Assembly: GCA_963847625.1 (NCBI GenBank)
Contig: CAWKAR010000028.1
Coordinates: 64,001 to 128,000 of the forward strand
Direction: 5' to 3'
DNA: 64,000 bases
Source: a candidate division FCPU426 bacterium
GTDB taxonomy: Bacteria; Oederibacteriota; Muellerivitia; Muellerivitales; Muellerivitaceae
A program made the position numbers and the translations under genes. Shown in pieces: positions 20,353 to 32,374 of this stretch. Below the pieces are notes generated by a model that was not told the origin of the DNA, did not search any database, and worked only from the letters and a program-made list of their open reading frames with translations. Position 1 is the first letter of the stretch. Each line of letters begins with the position of its first letter.

Positions 20353-21900
20353 ATGAAAAAACAACAAAATGATTTACCTGAAAAACAACCTGTAATATCA
20401 AGAAAAGGTTTCATGGGATTTTTTTTAATGATGGGTCTTATTGTGGTTTCTTTTAAACCAATCCAAGCTCAAACTATTAATTATTGTAATACACAAGGTA
20501 GCCAATACTTTTGGTACACCACAAATTCCCCTTCGTATGCAGTGGAATTCAATTATTGGAATGGAAGCTGCCCTGGCACTCAATGCATGAATGTAAACAC
20601 CGCAACCGGGGATTTTTCCGTGACGGAATTTACAGCCAGTTGCGGTAACAATGTTGCCACTTATCCAGCTATCTACTATGGCAATCATTTTACGAACCTT
20701 AGCAACAATGCAAATATACCAATGCTACTTAGCGCTGTTACCTGCGCCACAAGCAGTTGGAATTATACCGTCAACATGGGAAACTATGACGTGGCCTACG
20801 ACATCTGGTTCAGCACTAGCGCCACTAATATAACCACTAGCGGTTATCCCGGCGGGGCCGAGTTGATGATTTGGTTGAATTCCAACAACGCCTATCCCTC
20901 CGGTGGTACTCCGAAGGCCACCGTCACTCTTGACGGGTATACCTTTTATGTTTATGAAACAATCAGTGGATCAGCGCCCAATACTTGGACCTATATCGCC
21001 TATGATCCCATTGGCCCCATCAACGGGGGTGTCACCAACTTGAATCTCTTGGCATTTTTTAACGATGCCGAATCCCGCATAGATAGCACATCAGGCAAGC
21101 CATACATCAGTACATCCTGGTACCTCGCTGATATCGAGGCAGGGATTGAAATCCACTCGGGCGGATCTACCTTCAATTACACCAGTTCCGGTTTTTCGGC
21201 TTATGTCAACAGCGGCTGCGGCACCGGGCCTACCTACACCTTTACTCACACTGGGACGATGACCAATTCCCCGACACGCACACCTTCACCAACCATAACC
21301 CGCACCTCGACCCCGACCCCAACACGCACTTTCACAGGAACATCCACCCCCACCCCAACAACCACAGTCACTCCAACTGTCACCAATAGTCCCACACCAT
21401 GGCCGACCAATGTTCCCACCTTCACTCCCACGAACACTGCAACAGATACCCTAACCATGACACCCACTGCTACACCAACCATTACCAATAGTCCCACACC
21501 ATGGCCCACCGGTATACCTACATTCACTCCCACGGACAGCCCAACCATGACACCCACTGGAACGAACACTCCAATTCCCCTCCCAACCTCCACATCCACC
21601 AACAACGGTCCAGCCCCTCCTTGCGTCAACCTATTCCCCAACCCCTTGAAAGGGGATGGATATACAAATATTAGTATTTGCCCATCGGGTCACCCGTACG
21701 TCGGAAGAGTTACAGTTTCTGTATTTACAGTCGCCTTCAGAAGAGTGGCAGGATGGGATATCCCTGCATGGACACCGGGAAATGATATCCAGCTTCCTTC
21801 CTTGGACCTGGGGGGAGTTCCCCTCGCCAATGGACTTTACTATGTCGTAGTAGATATGTCCGGCAACAAAACTGTCCTGAAGTGGCTCATTTTCCGTTGA
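20353..21900 (+). CDS. Secreted GH12 endoglucanase with Thr/Pro linker and C-terminal T9SS-like domain (subtype A)
   Basis: [35 protein letters not shown] (both catalytic Glu positions); signal peptide ending IQA. Confidence 0.9.
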   Translation: MKKQQNDLPEKQPVISRKGFMGFFLMMGLIVVSFKPIQAQTINYCNTQGSQYFWYTTNSPSYAVEFNYWNGSCPGTQCMNVNTATGDFSVTEFTASCGNNVATYPAIYYGNHFTNLSNNANIPMLLSAVTCATSSWNYTVNMGNYDVAYDIWFSTSATNITTSGYPGGAELMIWLNSNNAYPSGGTPKATVTLDGYTFYVYETISGSAPNTWTYIAYDPIGPINGGVTNLNLLAFFNDAESRIDSTSGKPYISTSWYLADIEAGIEIHSGGSTFNYTSSGFSAYVNSGCGTGPTYTFTHTGTMTNSPTRTPSPTITRTSTPTPTRTFTGTSTPTPTTTVTPTVTNSPTPWPTNVPTFTPTNTATDTLTMTPTATPTITNSPTPWPTGIPTFTPTDSPTMTPTGTNTPIPLPTSTSTNNGPAPPCVNLFPNPLKGDGYTNISICPSGHPYVGRVTVSVFTVAFRRVAGWDIPAWTPGNDIQLPSLDLGGVPLANGLYYVVVDMSGNKTVLKWLIFR

Positions 21901-21987
21901 TACCCGAATGAATTCAGGCAAAAAAGTGTTTGGACAAGCAAAGAGCCTTTGGATGATCCGGTTATAAAACGGTAAACTATATGCCTC

Positions 21988-24042
21988 ATGAACCAAATAA
22001 CTCCCGATCCCGCCAGTAACATTCCCACCGCACCAGCTTTGGAACCAGAGGCGGTGAAAAGTCCTGTCCCTTGGATTTACGCCCTGATACCGGTCCTCGC
22101 CACGGTTTTGTTTTATCTCCCCGTCATCAACAACGGCCTTGTGAATTGGGACGACTCGGAATCCATCCTCAGCAATACCCATATCCGGGCCCTCAGTCTT
22201 CAAAACCTCAAATGGATGTTGACGACCTACTACACAGGCAATTGGCTGCCCCTGATTTGGTTGTCTTTCGCCTTCGATTTTAGGATGGGCGGGCTCAATC
22301 CGAAAGTCTTCCATCTCACGAATCTCGCTTTTCACGCTTGCAATACCTTTTTGGTTTTCTTGGTTTGTCATAGGTTCCTGAAGATGATCGGGGGGAAATC
22401 CGAAGAGAGGGAAAACACGGGGCCGGGATCATTTGAAACCCATGTTTCCTTGTTGACCGCCCTGCTGTTCGGCCTTCACCCCTTGCACGTGGAATCCGTC
22501 GCCTGGGCCACGGAAAGAAAGGACGTGCTTTACTCCGTCTTCTACCTCCTGGGGATTTACCTTTATCTGGATTACGCCCCAGCCCCAACCCGGAAGCGCC
22601 CCCTTTTATGGGCCTGCCTGGGCTTATACGTTTTATCCCTCATGGCCAAACCCATGGCCGTGACCCTTCCGCTGGTTTTTCTGGTCCTGGACGGCTGGCC
22701 CCTGGGCCGGTTTCAAACCGAACGGTACAAGGTGTTGATCGAGAAAATACCTTTTTTCATCCTTTCCATGCCAGCCGGCCTGGTGACGTTGATTTCCCAC
22801 GCAAAAGGCCGGGCACCGGAATATATACCCGAGCATTTTTGGCTGATGAACTGCTGCCGTTCAATCATTTTTTACCTTAGTAAAATGATCGCGCCGCTGA
22901 ACCTGGTGCCTTTTTATCCTTTCCCGAAAAATATAGACGCTTTTTATTTCGTGGAGGACTCCCTGGCAATCCTGGCGGTAGCGTTGATTACTTTCGCCTG
23001 CTATCGCTACCTAAAAAAATTCCCCTATTTCGCGGCGGCTTGGGCGTACTACCTGGTGACCCTTTTCCCGGTTTTGGGTTTGGTCCAAGTTGGCAGCCAG
23101 ACCGCCGCCGACCGTTATACCTATCTTCCCTGTTTGAGTCTTTTTCTCCTTTTTTCCGCGGGAATGCGGAAGTGGTTTTCAACCCGGCGCTTTTATTTCA
23201 TGTCCTGCGTGGTAGTTTTGGCCTGTTTGCTTGGCCTTGGGACGATCAACCAAATCGGCGTATGGAAGGATTCACTCGCCTTGTGGAAAAGCGTGGTTCG
23301 TGTTTATCCGGATGACTCCGGGCTGGCCCGAACGAATTTGGGCCTCATCGATGTCAAAAGCGGAAGGATGGATGATGCCTTGGTGGAATTTAACCGGGCC
23401 GCGGCCATTCCGCCGCCCTTGGCCCTGACGCACAATGGGATTGGGACAGTTCTTTTTTACAAGGGTCGGACGGACGAGGCGATACGGGAATTCAAATACG
23501 CTCTGACCCTGGATCCCGAATATGTTCCCTCCTACCGCAACCTCTGGTATGTCTTCCAGAATAAGGGCCTGTACGCGGAGGCCTTGAAGGAAATCCAGGC
23601 GGTGGTCAAGTTCGACCCGGACTCGCCGGAAAACTATAACAGTTTGGGAGCGACCTACTGGTCTTTGAAAAAGTGGGAGGAAGCCAAAACCGCCTTCAAA
23701 ACGTCTTTCACTATGGAGCCCCATAATACGGATTACTTGGGCAATCTCGCGACCGTATGCGACCAGGAAGGGAGACCGGAAGAGGCGATCGAATGGTTTC
23801 AAAAGGGCGTATCGCTCAATCCCGGAGAACCAGTTTATTACATGAAGTTGGGAGAGATTTACATGGAAAAGGGGGTGAAATCCAAAGCCCTGGAATTGCT
23901 GAAAACCGCGTCGAATTTAAATCCTGTCAAACCCAAAATAATCGAAGAGTTGGCCGAAGATTTTCAAAAAGTGGGCGAACCCAAGTTAGCCAAACAATTT
24001 TTCAGCAAAGCCAAGGCTCTTAGCGGCGTCACAAAGAAATAG
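21988..24042 (+). CDS. TMTC-like GT-C membrane glycosyltransferase (putative protein O-mannosyltransferase) with C-terminal TPRs
   Basis: TM1 followed by VNWDD; FHLTNL..H; HPLHVESVAWATERKDVL; SKP-like AKPMAV; ADRYTYLP; WKDSLALW; about 11 TM helices, then TPRs. Confidence 0.8.
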   Translation: MNQITPDPASNIPTAPALEPEAVKSPVPWIYALIPVLATVLFYLPVINNGLVNWDDSESILSNTHIRALSLQNLKWMLTTYYTGNWLPLIWLSFAFDFRMGGLNPKVFHLTNLAFHACNTFLVFLVCHRFLKMIGGKSEERENTGPGSFETHVSLLTALLFGLHPLHVESVAWATERKDVLYSVFYLLGIYLYLDYAPAPTRKRPLLWACLGLYVLSLMAKPMAVTLPLVFLVLDGWPLGRFQTERYKVLIEKIPFFILSMPAGLVTLISHAKGRAPEYIPEHFWLMNCCRSIIFYLSKMIAPLNLVPFYPFPKNIDAFYFVEDSLAILAVALITFACYRYLKKFPYFAAAWAYYLVTLFPVLGLVQVGSQTAADRYTYLPCLSLFLLFSAGMRKWFSTRRFYFMSCVVVLACLLGLGTINQIGVWKDSLALWKSVVRVYPDDSGLARTNLGLIDVKSGRMDDALVEFNRAAAIPPPLALTHNGIGTVLFYKGRTDEAIREFKYALTLDPEYVPSYRNLWYVFQNKGLYAEALKEIQAVVKFDPDSPENYNSLGATYWSLKKWEEAKTAFKTSFTMEPHNTDYLGNLATVCDQEGRPEEAIEWFQKGVSLNPGEPVYYMKLGEIYMEKGVKSKALELLKTASNLNPVKPKIIEELAEDFQKVGEPKLAKQFFSKAKALSGVTKK

Positions 24043-24341
24043 TCTGGCTCTCGCCTTATGGTTTCCCTTTAAATGGTTTAATGTGAAATACGGCGTGTCG
24101 CTTTGGATTTATCGCTTTAATTAAATACAAAATTCATCGCATGAGAGCGGTTTCAAGTTGTCACGCTGGATTTTAATTTCCTTTTATATCAGGGCAGAAT
24201 AAATGTAAGTTTGATTTGATGGTATAATTCTATTAAAGATCCATCAGATTAGCCTTGAAAATCGGGTGATGATTCGCTATCGGCTATGAAATAGGCGGAT
24301 TTAAATCGTTTTTCCAAAATTATTAAAAAAGTGAATAATCT

Positions 24342-27300
24342 TTGAGACATTCTTTCCTCCAATCGTTTACCTTCAAATTTCTCCTCATTTCCGCTTTATT
24401 GGCGGGCTTCCTTCATGTTTCAATCCAGCCGGCGGAAGGCCAAGCCGCAGCCAGTTGCTCCCAGTACGCAAGTTGGACCTGCGGGTCCTACATCATGCAA
24501 ACCGATTTTTGGAACTTGACTACTTGCGGTGGCACCCAGTGCGTTACTCTGGATACCTCAACGGGAAACTTCGGAGTCACGGAAGGCCCCGTTACATGCG
24601 ACCCCAACGTGGCTTCCTGGCCTGACATTTACTATGGAAGTCATTATGGAACCGCCAGTCCCGGCACCAACCTGCCCATGTTGGTCAGCGCAGTTACCTG
24701 TGTAACCACAAGCTTTAGTTATACACCCACCTACACCGGAAGCTGGGACGCTGGCTACGATATTTGGTTCAGCACCACTACCAACACGACTAACGGATAC
24801 GCCGGCGGTGCCGAGATAATGCTTTGGTTGGGTTATATGGGGGATACGCCTCTACCCGCGAATTCCGTGACGGTGGTTACAGGATTATCCCTCGCCGGTT
24901 ATTACTGGAATCTTTATGAAACCCCATCCGCGACTCTCGGTTGGACTTATATGTCCTACCAAGCGGCCACTTCCTCGGGGGCCCCTGCCACCATCACTTC
25001 CATCACTAATTTGGACCTTCTCGCGTTCATCAATGATTCCGTCTCCCGCGGCTATGTCAAAACCACCTGGTATCTGGCCGCGATCGAGGCGGGAATCGAA
25101 TTGAGGAGCCTAGGGATTCCATTCACCGCCAGCGGTTTTAATGCCCATGTCAACAGCGGCTGCGGCAGTGGTCCCACGCCGACCTTCACGGGTTCCATTA
25201 CCCGCACGCCAACGAATACGTCAACCATGACACGCACCAATACGGCAACACCAACCCCCACCTCAACCGTAACAAGGACGAATACGCCGACCAATACCTT
25301 TACGACTACCCCTTCGCAAACGGCAACTCCTACGTCAACGGCAACCAGGACAAACACGCCGATCAATACAGCCACGAACACCTCGACTTTGACAACGACG
25401 CCTACGTCAACTGCAACAAGGACGAACTCGCCCACCAATACCGCCACGACTACGGCAACCAGGACAAATTCGCCGACCAATACGGTCACGGCTACGGGGA
25501 CCCCGACCTCAACAGCAACCAGGACGAATTCACCTACTAATACAGTCACCCCTACGTCAACGAACACGTCCGTGAACACGCCAACGAATACCTCTACGTC
25601 CACATCCACCCCGACCAGGACAAACACACCAACCAGCACACTTACAAATACATTGACGAATACGCCCACGAATTCGACGACCTCCACATCAACCCCAACC
25701 AGGACTAACACACTGACCAGTACACCTACAAATACATCGACGAATACACTCACGAATACGGCAACTTCCACACTAACCCCGACCCGGACGAATTCGCCGA
25801 CTGTTACGATTACAAGTACGTCGACGAATACGTCTGTGTACACACCAACGAACACCTCTACGCCCACGAATACGGCGACCTCCACATCCACCCCGACCAG
25901 GACGAATTCGCCGACGAATACACCCACGAACACGGCAACTTCCACATCCACCCCGACCCGAACGAATTCTCCGACTGTTACGATTACAAGTACGTCGACG
26001 AATACGTCTGTGTACACACCAACGAACACCTCTACGCCCACGAATACGGCGACCTCCACATCCACCTCGACCAGAACGAATTCGCCGACTGTTACGATTA
26101 CAAGTACGTCGACGAATACGTCTGTGTACACACCAACGAACACCTCTACGCCCACGAATACGGCGACCTCCACATCCACCCCGACCAGGACGAATTCACC
26201 GACGAATACACCTACGAACACGGCAACTTCCACATCCACCCCGACCAGGACGAACACGCCGACCGTTACGATCACAAGCACGTCGACGAATACGTCCGTG
26301 TACACGTCCACGAACACCAATACGCCCACGAACACAGCGACCCCCACGTCAACCCCGACCAGGACAAACACGCCGACCGTTACGATCACAAGTACGTCGA
26401 CGAATACGTCCGTGTACACGTCCACGAACACCAATACACCCACGAACACGGCAACCCTCACGTCAACCCCGACCAGGACGAACACGCCGACTGTTACGAT
26501 CACGAGTACGTCGACGAATACGTCCGTGTACACGTCCACGAACACCAATACGCCTACGAACACGGCAACCCTCACGTCAACCCCGACCAGGACGAACACG
26601 CCGACCAGCACGCCCACGAATACGACGACCTCAACGAACACTCTGACCCGGACATCCACACCAACGCTGACGAATACACCTACGCCGACGATAACGTCCA
26701 CGGCGACCAATACCAGTACAGGGACTCAGTCGCCCACGTCCACGGCGACTAATACGCCTACTGTCACCAATACGCCTACAAATACTAATACTCTAACCCC
26801 GACGAACACACCGACGCGGACCTCCACGCCCACAGCCACACCCACGCCAACGAGTACACCCACGAATACTCCTACGAACACCTCGACGCGGACATTCACG
26901 TCCACGGCCACAAATACGCCGACGAATACCCCCATTAACACACCAACTTTCACGCCAACACCCACCCCGACTACCACACCTACTCCCACTTCGACGAACA
27001 CACCCACGAGGACGCCTACGTCCACTCCGACCCCCACACCGACGCCAACCAATACGCCCACCAACACGCTTACTCCCACCCCCAGCCCGACTGGGACGAC
27101 ATCGCCCACTGCCACCCCGACCAACACTCCCACGCGCACAAACACACCAACTTCGACTTCCACGCCCACGATCACATTTACGCCAACCCCAACCAATACC
27201 CCAACCAACACACCGACTTCCACACCAACCCCCACGACCTGCGTCACCCCGACGCCGACACCTACGAACACCCCCACGAACACGCCGACAAGGACCTCCA

Positions 27301-29024
27301 CAGTCACACCCACGCCAACAAGTACACCCACGAACACGCCAACGAATACTTTAACCAGCACCAGGACGAATACGCCCACAGACACACCGACAATGACGAT
27401 CACCAATACGCCGACGGTAACGTTCACGGTAACCAATACCAGCACAGGGACTCAGTCGCCCACGCCCACGGCGACCAATACACCCACGGTCACCAATACG
27501 CCGACCCATACCGCGACACCCACACTGACGAACACATCGACTTCTACGCTAACCCCGACGATGACGCCCACATCGACTCGGACACCGACATCCACGTCCA
27601 CAAACACACCGACCAACACGCCAACGAATACGCCAACGTCGACCGGAACAAGCACAGCAACGAGGACGCCGACTTCCACATCGACTCCGACGATAACGCC
27701 GACGCCGACCCCGACGGTGACAATTACGCCGACGAACACACTGACACGGACATCCACGTCCACAGCCACAAACACGCCGACGAATACACCCACCAACACA
27801 CCCACACTAACGAATACTTTAACCAGTACCAGGACAAGTACGCCGACCAATACACCTACGCCGACGATAACATCCACGGTCACCAATACCAGCACAGGGA
27901 CTCAGTCGCCCACGCCCACGGCGACCAATACACTCACGGTCACCAATACGCCGACCTGTACAGCGACACCCACGACGACTAATACGCCCACAGTCACCAA
28001 TACGCCGACCCGAACACTTACCAACACACCCACGAACACACCCACGCCCACAGACACCAATACTCCGACCCCGACTTACACCTCCACGCCGACGCCCACC
28101 CCAACGCCGACCAACACACTTATTTCCACCCCGACGCCCACGAGCACATCCACGAATGTTCCCACGAACACGTCTACTGCGACATCAACCCCCACCAACA
28201 CCCCGACTGTCACGTTAACCCCGACTCCAACACCTATGACCTTGCAAGTTTCACAGGGTGCTTCACCCCCTTCAAATTCGATCCAAGCACCCGGCGCATC
28301 CGGTGTGACGGTGCAACAGATCCAAGTGACGAACCCAAGCAACAACCCGGTGACACTCACCAGCCTCGTTTTGTCGGATACGGGGAATGCTTCCACGGAC
28401 GTCACGTCGGTAACGCTGTGGGAGAATGGTGTGTCGATTACCAGCGCGACGTTTAGCGGGACAACAGCGACGCTCAACTTGAACAATATCGTTGTACCGG
28501 GAAATGGGAGCGTGACATTTGAGATTACGGCCGCGATTTCATCCGCGGCCATTGGGACAGACACGGACTCATTCAGCGTAACGGGCATATCGGGAAACAA
28601 CGGGCAGTCCACCCATGCCAACGGATTACCAGTCCAAGGGGCGATCATTACGATCATGGCTCCAACTGACACCGCGACTCCGACCAGCACGCCGACGGCC
28701 ACCTCGACTAATGTTTCTTCCCGAACTTCGACACCCACGCCCACGGCTCCGGCCACCCTGGTGGTCTATCCCAATCCCCATTCAGGGCCCGGGTCCATCT
28801 TGGTCCTACCGCCCTACCGGGGCTCCTCCAACGTCAGGGTCGAGATTTTCACGACCGCTTTCCGAAAGGTCCAGGACAAGCAATACAATGACATTCCATC
28901 GGGACAACCTGTTTCACTGGATCCCACGGACAGGTGGGGCAAACCCTTGGCCAACGGCATTTACTATGTCTACGTGCAAACCGGCCAGGCCCACTGGATC
29001 GCCAAACTTCTCATCATGAACTGA
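24342..29024 (+). CDS. Giant secreted GH12 endoglucanase with ~1000-aa Thr-rich linker, Ig-like domain and C-terminal T9SS-like domain (subtype A)
   Basis: [37 protein letters not shown]; clear paralog of 20353..21900. Tail VYPNP...FTTAFRKV...LANGIYY. Confidence 0.9.
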   Translation: MRHSFLQSFTFKFLLISALLAGFLHVSIQPAEGQAAASCSQYASWTCGSYIMQTDFWNLTTCGGTQCVTLDTSTGNFGVTEGPVTCDPNVASWPDIYYGSHYGTASPGTNLPMLVSAVTCVTTSFSYTPTYTGSWDAGYDIWFSTTTNTTNGYAGGAEIMLWLGYMGDTPLPANSVTVVTGLSLAGYYWNLYETPSATLGWTYMSYQAATSSGAPATITSITNLDLLAFINDSVSRGYVKTTWYLAAIEAGIELRSLGIPFTASGFNAHVNSGCGSGPTPTFTGSITRTPTNTSTMTRTNTATPTPTSTVTRTNTPTNTFTTTPSQTATPTSTATRTNTPINTATNTSTLTTTPTSTATRTNSPTNTATTTATRTNSPTNTVTATGTPTSTATRTNSPTNTVTPTSTNTSVNTPTNTSTSTSTPTRTNTPTSTLTNTLTNTPTNSTTSTSTPTRTNTLTSTPTNTSTNTLTNTATSTLTPTRTNSPTVTITSTSTNTSVYTPTNTSTPTNTATSTSTPTRTNSPTNTPTNTATSTSTPTRTNSPTVTITSTSTNTSVYTPTNTSTPTNTATSTSTSTRTNSPTVTITSTSTNTSVYTPTNTSTPTNTATSTSTPTRTNSPTNTPTNTATSTSTPTRTNTPTVTITSTSTNTSVYTSTNTNTPTNTATPTSTPTRTNTPTVTITSTSTNTSVYTSTNTNTPTNTATLTSTPTRTNTPTVTITSTSTNTSVYTSTNTNTPTNTATLTSTPTRTNTPTSTPTNTTTSTNTLTRTSTPTLTNTPTPTITSTATNTSTGTQSPTSTATNTPTVTNTPTNTNTLTPTNTPTRTSTPTATPTPTSTPTNTPTNTSTRTFTSTATNTPTNTPINTPTFTPTPTPTTTPTPTSTNTPTRTPTSTPTPTPTPTNTPTNTLTPTPSPTGTTSPTATPTNTPTRTNTPTSTSTPTITFTPTPTNTPTNTPTSTPTPTTCVTPTPTPTNTPTNTPTRTSTVTPTPTSTPTNTPTNTLTSTRTNTPTDTPTMTITNTPTVTFTVTNTSTGTQSPTPTATNTPTVTNTPTHTATPTLTNTSTSTLTPTMTPTSTRTPTSTSTNTPTNTPTNTPTSTGTSTATRTPTSTSTPTITPTPTPTVTITPTNTLTRTSTSTATNTPTNTPTNTPTLTNTLTSTRTSTPTNTPTPTITSTVTNTSTGTQSPTPTATNTLTVTNTPTCTATPTTTNTPTVTNTPTRTLTNTPTNTPTPTDTNTPTPTYTSTPTPTPTPTNTLISTPTPTSTSTNVPTNTSTATSTPTNTPTVTLTPTPTPMTLQVSQGASPPSNSIQAPGASGVTVQQIQVTNPSNNPVTLTSLVLSDTGNASTDVTSVTLWENGVSITSATFSGTTATLNLNNIVVPGNGSVTFEITAAISSAAIGTDTDSFSVTGISGNNGQSTHANGLPVQGAIITIMAPTDTATPTSTPTATSTNVSSRTSTPTPTAPATLVVYPNPHSGPGSILVLPPYRGSSNVRVEIFTTAFRKVQDKQYNDIPSGQPVSLDPTDRWGKPLANGIYYVYVQTGQAHWIAKLLIMN
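25170..28240 (+). repeat. Coding low-complexity/tandem-repeat region (Thr/Pro/Ser/Asn linker)
   Basis: Near-identical ~120-bp units encoding TPTRTN(S/T)[16 protein letters not shown]... at about 25770-26600; the block [11 protein letters not shown] occurs three times. Confidence 0.9.
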
Positions 29025-29058
29025 CCAATATCCCCTGAACAACTAAAAGCCTATTCCA

Positions 29059-30213
29059 TTATTTCCAAATTCCAGGGATCTTTTCCCCGCATCGGGGGCA
29101 GTGGCCGTCCTTCAAGATGTTCCTCTCCACGAGAAATCCGTTGCGTTGGATAAGAAGCGAGCCGCATTGGGGGCAATAGGTGTTTTCCCCGTCGCTTCCT
29201 GGCACGTTGCCCAGGTACACGTACCTCAGGCCTTCCCTGCGGGCGATGGCCCGGGCTTTCTCCAGGGTTTCCACCGGCGTGGGCGGCAGGTACTGGAGCC
29301 GGTAGTCGGGATGGAACCTCGAGAAAAAGAGGGGCGTATCCGGCCCCAGATTGTCCTTCACCCAACGGCTTAACCGGACAAAATCCTCCTCCCGGTCGTT
29401 TCGCTGGGGCACGACCAGGTTCACGACCTCCGTGAGAACACCCTGCTCCTTTAAAATCAGCAGGGTAGCCAGGACATTGGAGAGTTCCCCGCCGACCTCC
29501 TTCCGGTAAAATTCCGGGTCCATCCCTTTCAGATCCACCTTCACCACATCCAGGTAGGGCGCCAGCTTCCTCAGGGGTTCGGGATTGATGTAACCCGACG
29601 TCACCACGACGTTGCGAAGCCCCTTTTCCTTGGCCAACTTGGCGGTCTCCAGCATGTACTCGTAGAAAATGGCCGGTTCGGAATAGGTAAAAGCAATGGA
29701 AGGAATCCTGCTTTCCACCGCCTGCTCCACCAACTTCTCCGGCGGCAACCATTGCGCCTCCCCGGCCGATTCTGGATCAGCCTGGGAAAGGGTCCAGTTC
29801 TGGCAGAAAGTGCATTTCAAGGGGCAGCCGGTGGACGCGACGGAAAGGATGGGGGATCCCGGCAGCATATGGAACACGGGTTTTTTCTCGATGGGGTCCA
29901 CCGCCAGGGCCGCAGCTTGGCCGTAGACTTCAGTATAGAGAACTCCATCCTGGTTCATCCGGACGCGGCACCTGCCCTTGGCGCCCTCGGGAATGTAACA
30001 CCGGAAAGGGCAAAGGCCGCATTTCACCCCCAGGTCGGCCTTGTCCCAATAAAGAGCTTCCCGGACAAAGGAATCGCCCGGAACCCGGCCGCCGAACAGG
30101 CGCGGGGTTCCCTGGAGGAAGAACTGGGCCGTGAAAAACAGGGAAAACACTAATGAGACCCAGAGGGGCATGGCTGAAAATCCCAGGAAAGAAAATCGAT
30201 TCTTAGGCCCCAT
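29059..30213 (-). CDS. amrS: AmmeMemoRadiSam system radical SAM enzyme with hydrophobic N-terminal leader
   Basis: CGLCPFRC...GRCRVR, VDPIEKKPVFH, GCPLKCTFCQNW (CxxxCxxC), AFTYSEP, YVYLGNV, NTYCPQCG...CPRCG. Confidence 0.93.
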   Translation of the reverse strand: MGPKNRFSFLGFSAMPLWVSLVFSLFFTAQFFLQGTPRLFGGRVPGDSFVREALYWDKADLGVKCGLCPFRCYIPEGAKGRCRVRMNQDGVLYTEVYGQAAALAVDPIEKKPVFHMLPGSPILSVASTGCPLKCTFCQNWTLSQADPESAGEAQWLPPEKLVEQAVESRIPSIAFTYSEPAIFYEYMLETAKLAKEKGLRNVVVTSGYINPEPLRKLAPYLDVVKVDLKGMDPEFYRKEVGGELSNVLATLLILKEQGVLTEVVNLVVPQRNDREEDFVRLSRWVKDNLGPDTPLFFSRFHPDYRLQYLPPTPVETLEKARAIARREGLRYVYLGNVPGSDGENTYCPQCGSLLIQRNGFLVERNILKDGHCPRCGEKIPGIWK

Positions 30214-32374
30214 GGCTTCGCCTCCATTCCCAAAGGGACAATCCCGCGGCCACCGTCGCGCCTACGGTTTGGGCCAAGGATGTGCCTCCCAAGGGAATAA
30301 GAACAAAGGGCACAAGCAGGGCTGCCAGCCCCGAGCCGAAAAGGTCGAAAGCGTAAAGGCTGGTACCCGCTTCCGAAGCCGGGATTTGGCCCCCTGATTC
30401 ACGGACCACCAGGGTGAAGAAAACTCCCGAAAACGCGCCGCCCAAGAGGTTCAAGGAAATGGCCAAGGCATCCACCCATAAGAAGGAAATTTCCTGGTTC
30501 ATTCCCCGAAGCAAGCCCGAGCAGGCTCCCCAGAGTACCAATCCCAGCAGGGACAGCGCGAAACCTTTGGACCAACGATTCACTTCCTCCATACCGCTCA
30601 GGTAACGAAGAACAGCCCAGGCTCCAAGGGCCGTGCCTAACATAAAGGCGCCTGTCAAAACGGAAAATCTTTCAAACAGGTATCCGCACAATCCTTGGTA
30701 ATCCTCCAAAAGTGGAACCTCGATGGCTATGACCGCAAATCCCGCGAGAAAAAGCGCCATTGACCTCTTCCCCGCCTTGAATGCTCCCAAAAGGCCCTGC
30801 CAGCGGCGGAGCAGGAGAAAAAGGAGAATCACGGATAAAAATAACGGAATCACCCATGCGGAGCCGCTATCCTTCCGGATCCATCGGCTGAACGAAGCCC
30901 GGTATAAAGCGGACCCGGAGGCGTTATTGAGGGGGTCCTGAATCGAAGGCTTGGTCCAATCGTCGAATCGTTTTATCCGGCTAGGGTCCAGATAATGGGT
31001 GATCCAAGCGCTGTTGATTTCCCCGGTATTGATTTGGAGGCCCTCCCATCGCCGAATTGCTTTCTGCGGGTCAAAGTTGAAAGGCTTGCCGGAAGCTAAC
31101 AGGTAAAACCTCTCGCCCGGGACAAAGGCCACGTAAGGATAGGCGCTCTCCAACGTGCGCCGGAGGATCCTCAGGCCCCTTAAAGTACCGGAGTCCGGTA
31201 AATTTTCCTCGTAAGGCAGGGAAAGGGCCACCATGCCCCCGGGCGCCAGGCGGTCTCTCAAGTTCTCCAGGAAGCGGTACGAGAAAAACCGGTTCTCGGA
31301 TACGGACCTGGGAAAATCCTTCGACAACAGGATCAGGTCGAAGGGCCCTCCCGCCGTCTGGAGATTCCGGAAGGGGTCCGTTAAAACCGTCTCTAGCCGC
31401 GTTGGGGGGACCGCGCCGATCATTTTTCGGATGGATTCCATGAGGAATTTATAAAGGTTTCTATCCGGAAAAATCGAGGTGACGACCGCGGGGTTTAACC
31501 GGAACAGCTCTTGGATGAGTGGCGGTGGTGGAAACCCGGGGATCAGGATTTTTTCGGTTTTCTCCCGCAACAGCGCCGGAAGAAACGCCTCTTCCTCCCA
31601 GGAAACCGTCCTAGGATCGAACATCACTTCCCCGTTGTAATAGGCCAAGGTCTGGCCCGCGTCCGCGACCCGCTCCAAGGCGCCGTAGCGGGATTGGGAG
31701 ACTTCCATCAGTTTGGAACCCCGGAATTGTTCCATCCGGCTGTACAGGACCGCGATTCCGCTTCCGAAATAAACCAATACGAGCCAAAGGGCCAGGATCA
31801 CCAGAGACTTGTATTCCCCGCTATTTCTCTTAGAGATCATGATGAAAGCCAGGGGGACGAAAGTAATCCAGAGGCCAATTTCCAATCCATCCACCCGGCC
31901 TACTAAAGCGAAGGCATATAAAATCCCACCTCCAAAAGCACCCGCCGCCTCGTATAGGTACGCCAGGGCCATGTCACCTTTTTCGGAGGGGAAAGCCTTT
32001 TGGGCCAGGAAAGAGAAGGTGAAACCCGCAGTTGCGCCCACCGGCGCCGTCAGGAGGATGGCCAGGATGGAAATCCCCGGTAAGCCGGGAAGGGCTTGGA
32101 ACCGGAACACGGAAAAAACAACGCGCGTGGCAAAAACCGCAAGCGGCAGGGTCAAACTTGAAAAAAAGAGGGCCGCGGCGGGTCCCCGGGGGTTCTCCAT
32201 CCATCGCCGGGGCATGCGGGTAAAGAGCCAGGTTCCGATTCCCCCTCCGCAAAACCAAGCCGTAAGCAGTAATCCCAGCACCGCTTCGTTGCCCTTGAAC
32301 AGGTCCCCCCATTCCCTCAAAAGAACGGCCTGGGCCATCACGCAATAGGCGCCATGAAGGAGGGTTAAAACCAT
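30203..32374 (-). CDS. Membrane protein with central spermidine-synthase-like (SAM-binding fold) domain
   Basis: AQAVLLRE...GNE, YLYEAAGAFGGG, SRYG, ENRFFS..F, LYAFDLFGSGLAA; TM block - soluble domain - TM block. ATG 32374 overlaps the upstream gene. Confidence 0.75.
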   Translation of the reverse strand: MVLTLLHGAYCVMAQAVLLREWGDLFKGNEAVLGLLLTAWFCGGGIGTWLFTRMPRRWMENPRGPAAALFFSSLTLPLAVFATRVVFSVFRFQALPGLPGISILAILLTAPVGATAGFTFSFLAQKAFPSEKGDMALAYLYEAAGAFGGGILYAFALVGRVDGLEIGLWITFVPLAFIMISKRNSGEYKSLVILALWLVLVYFGSGIAVLYSRMEQFRGSKLMEVSQSRYGALERVADAGQTLAYYNGEVMFDPRTVSWEEEAFLPALLREKTEKILIPGFPPPPLIQELFRLNPAVVTSIFPDRNLYKFLMESIRKMIGAVPPTRLETVLTDPFRNLQTAGGPFDLILLSKDFPRSVSENRFFSYRFLENLRDRLAPGGMVALSLPYEENLPDSGTLRGLRILRRTLESAYPYVAFVPGERFYLLASGKPFNFDPQKAIRRWEGLQINTGEINSAWITHYLDPSRIKRFDDWTKPSIQDPLNNASGSALYRASFSRWIRKDSGSAWVIPLFLSVILLFLLLRRWQGLLGAFKAGKRSMALFLAGFAVIAIEVPLLEDYQGLCGYLFERFSVLTGAFMLGTALGAWAVLRYLSGMEEVNRWSKGFALSLLGLVLWGACSGLLRGMNQEISFLWVDALAISLNLLGGAFSGVFFTLVVRESGGQIPASEAGTSLYAFDLFGSGLAALLVPFVLIPLGGTSLAQTVGATVAAGLSLWEWRRSHGA

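Noticed and set aside
25052..28756. Long Val/Gly-rich minus-strand ORFs (similar ones near 7882, 21246, 39296, 54962, and plus-strand at 62654-63475)
   Set aside because: Reverse complements of Thr/Pro linker codons.
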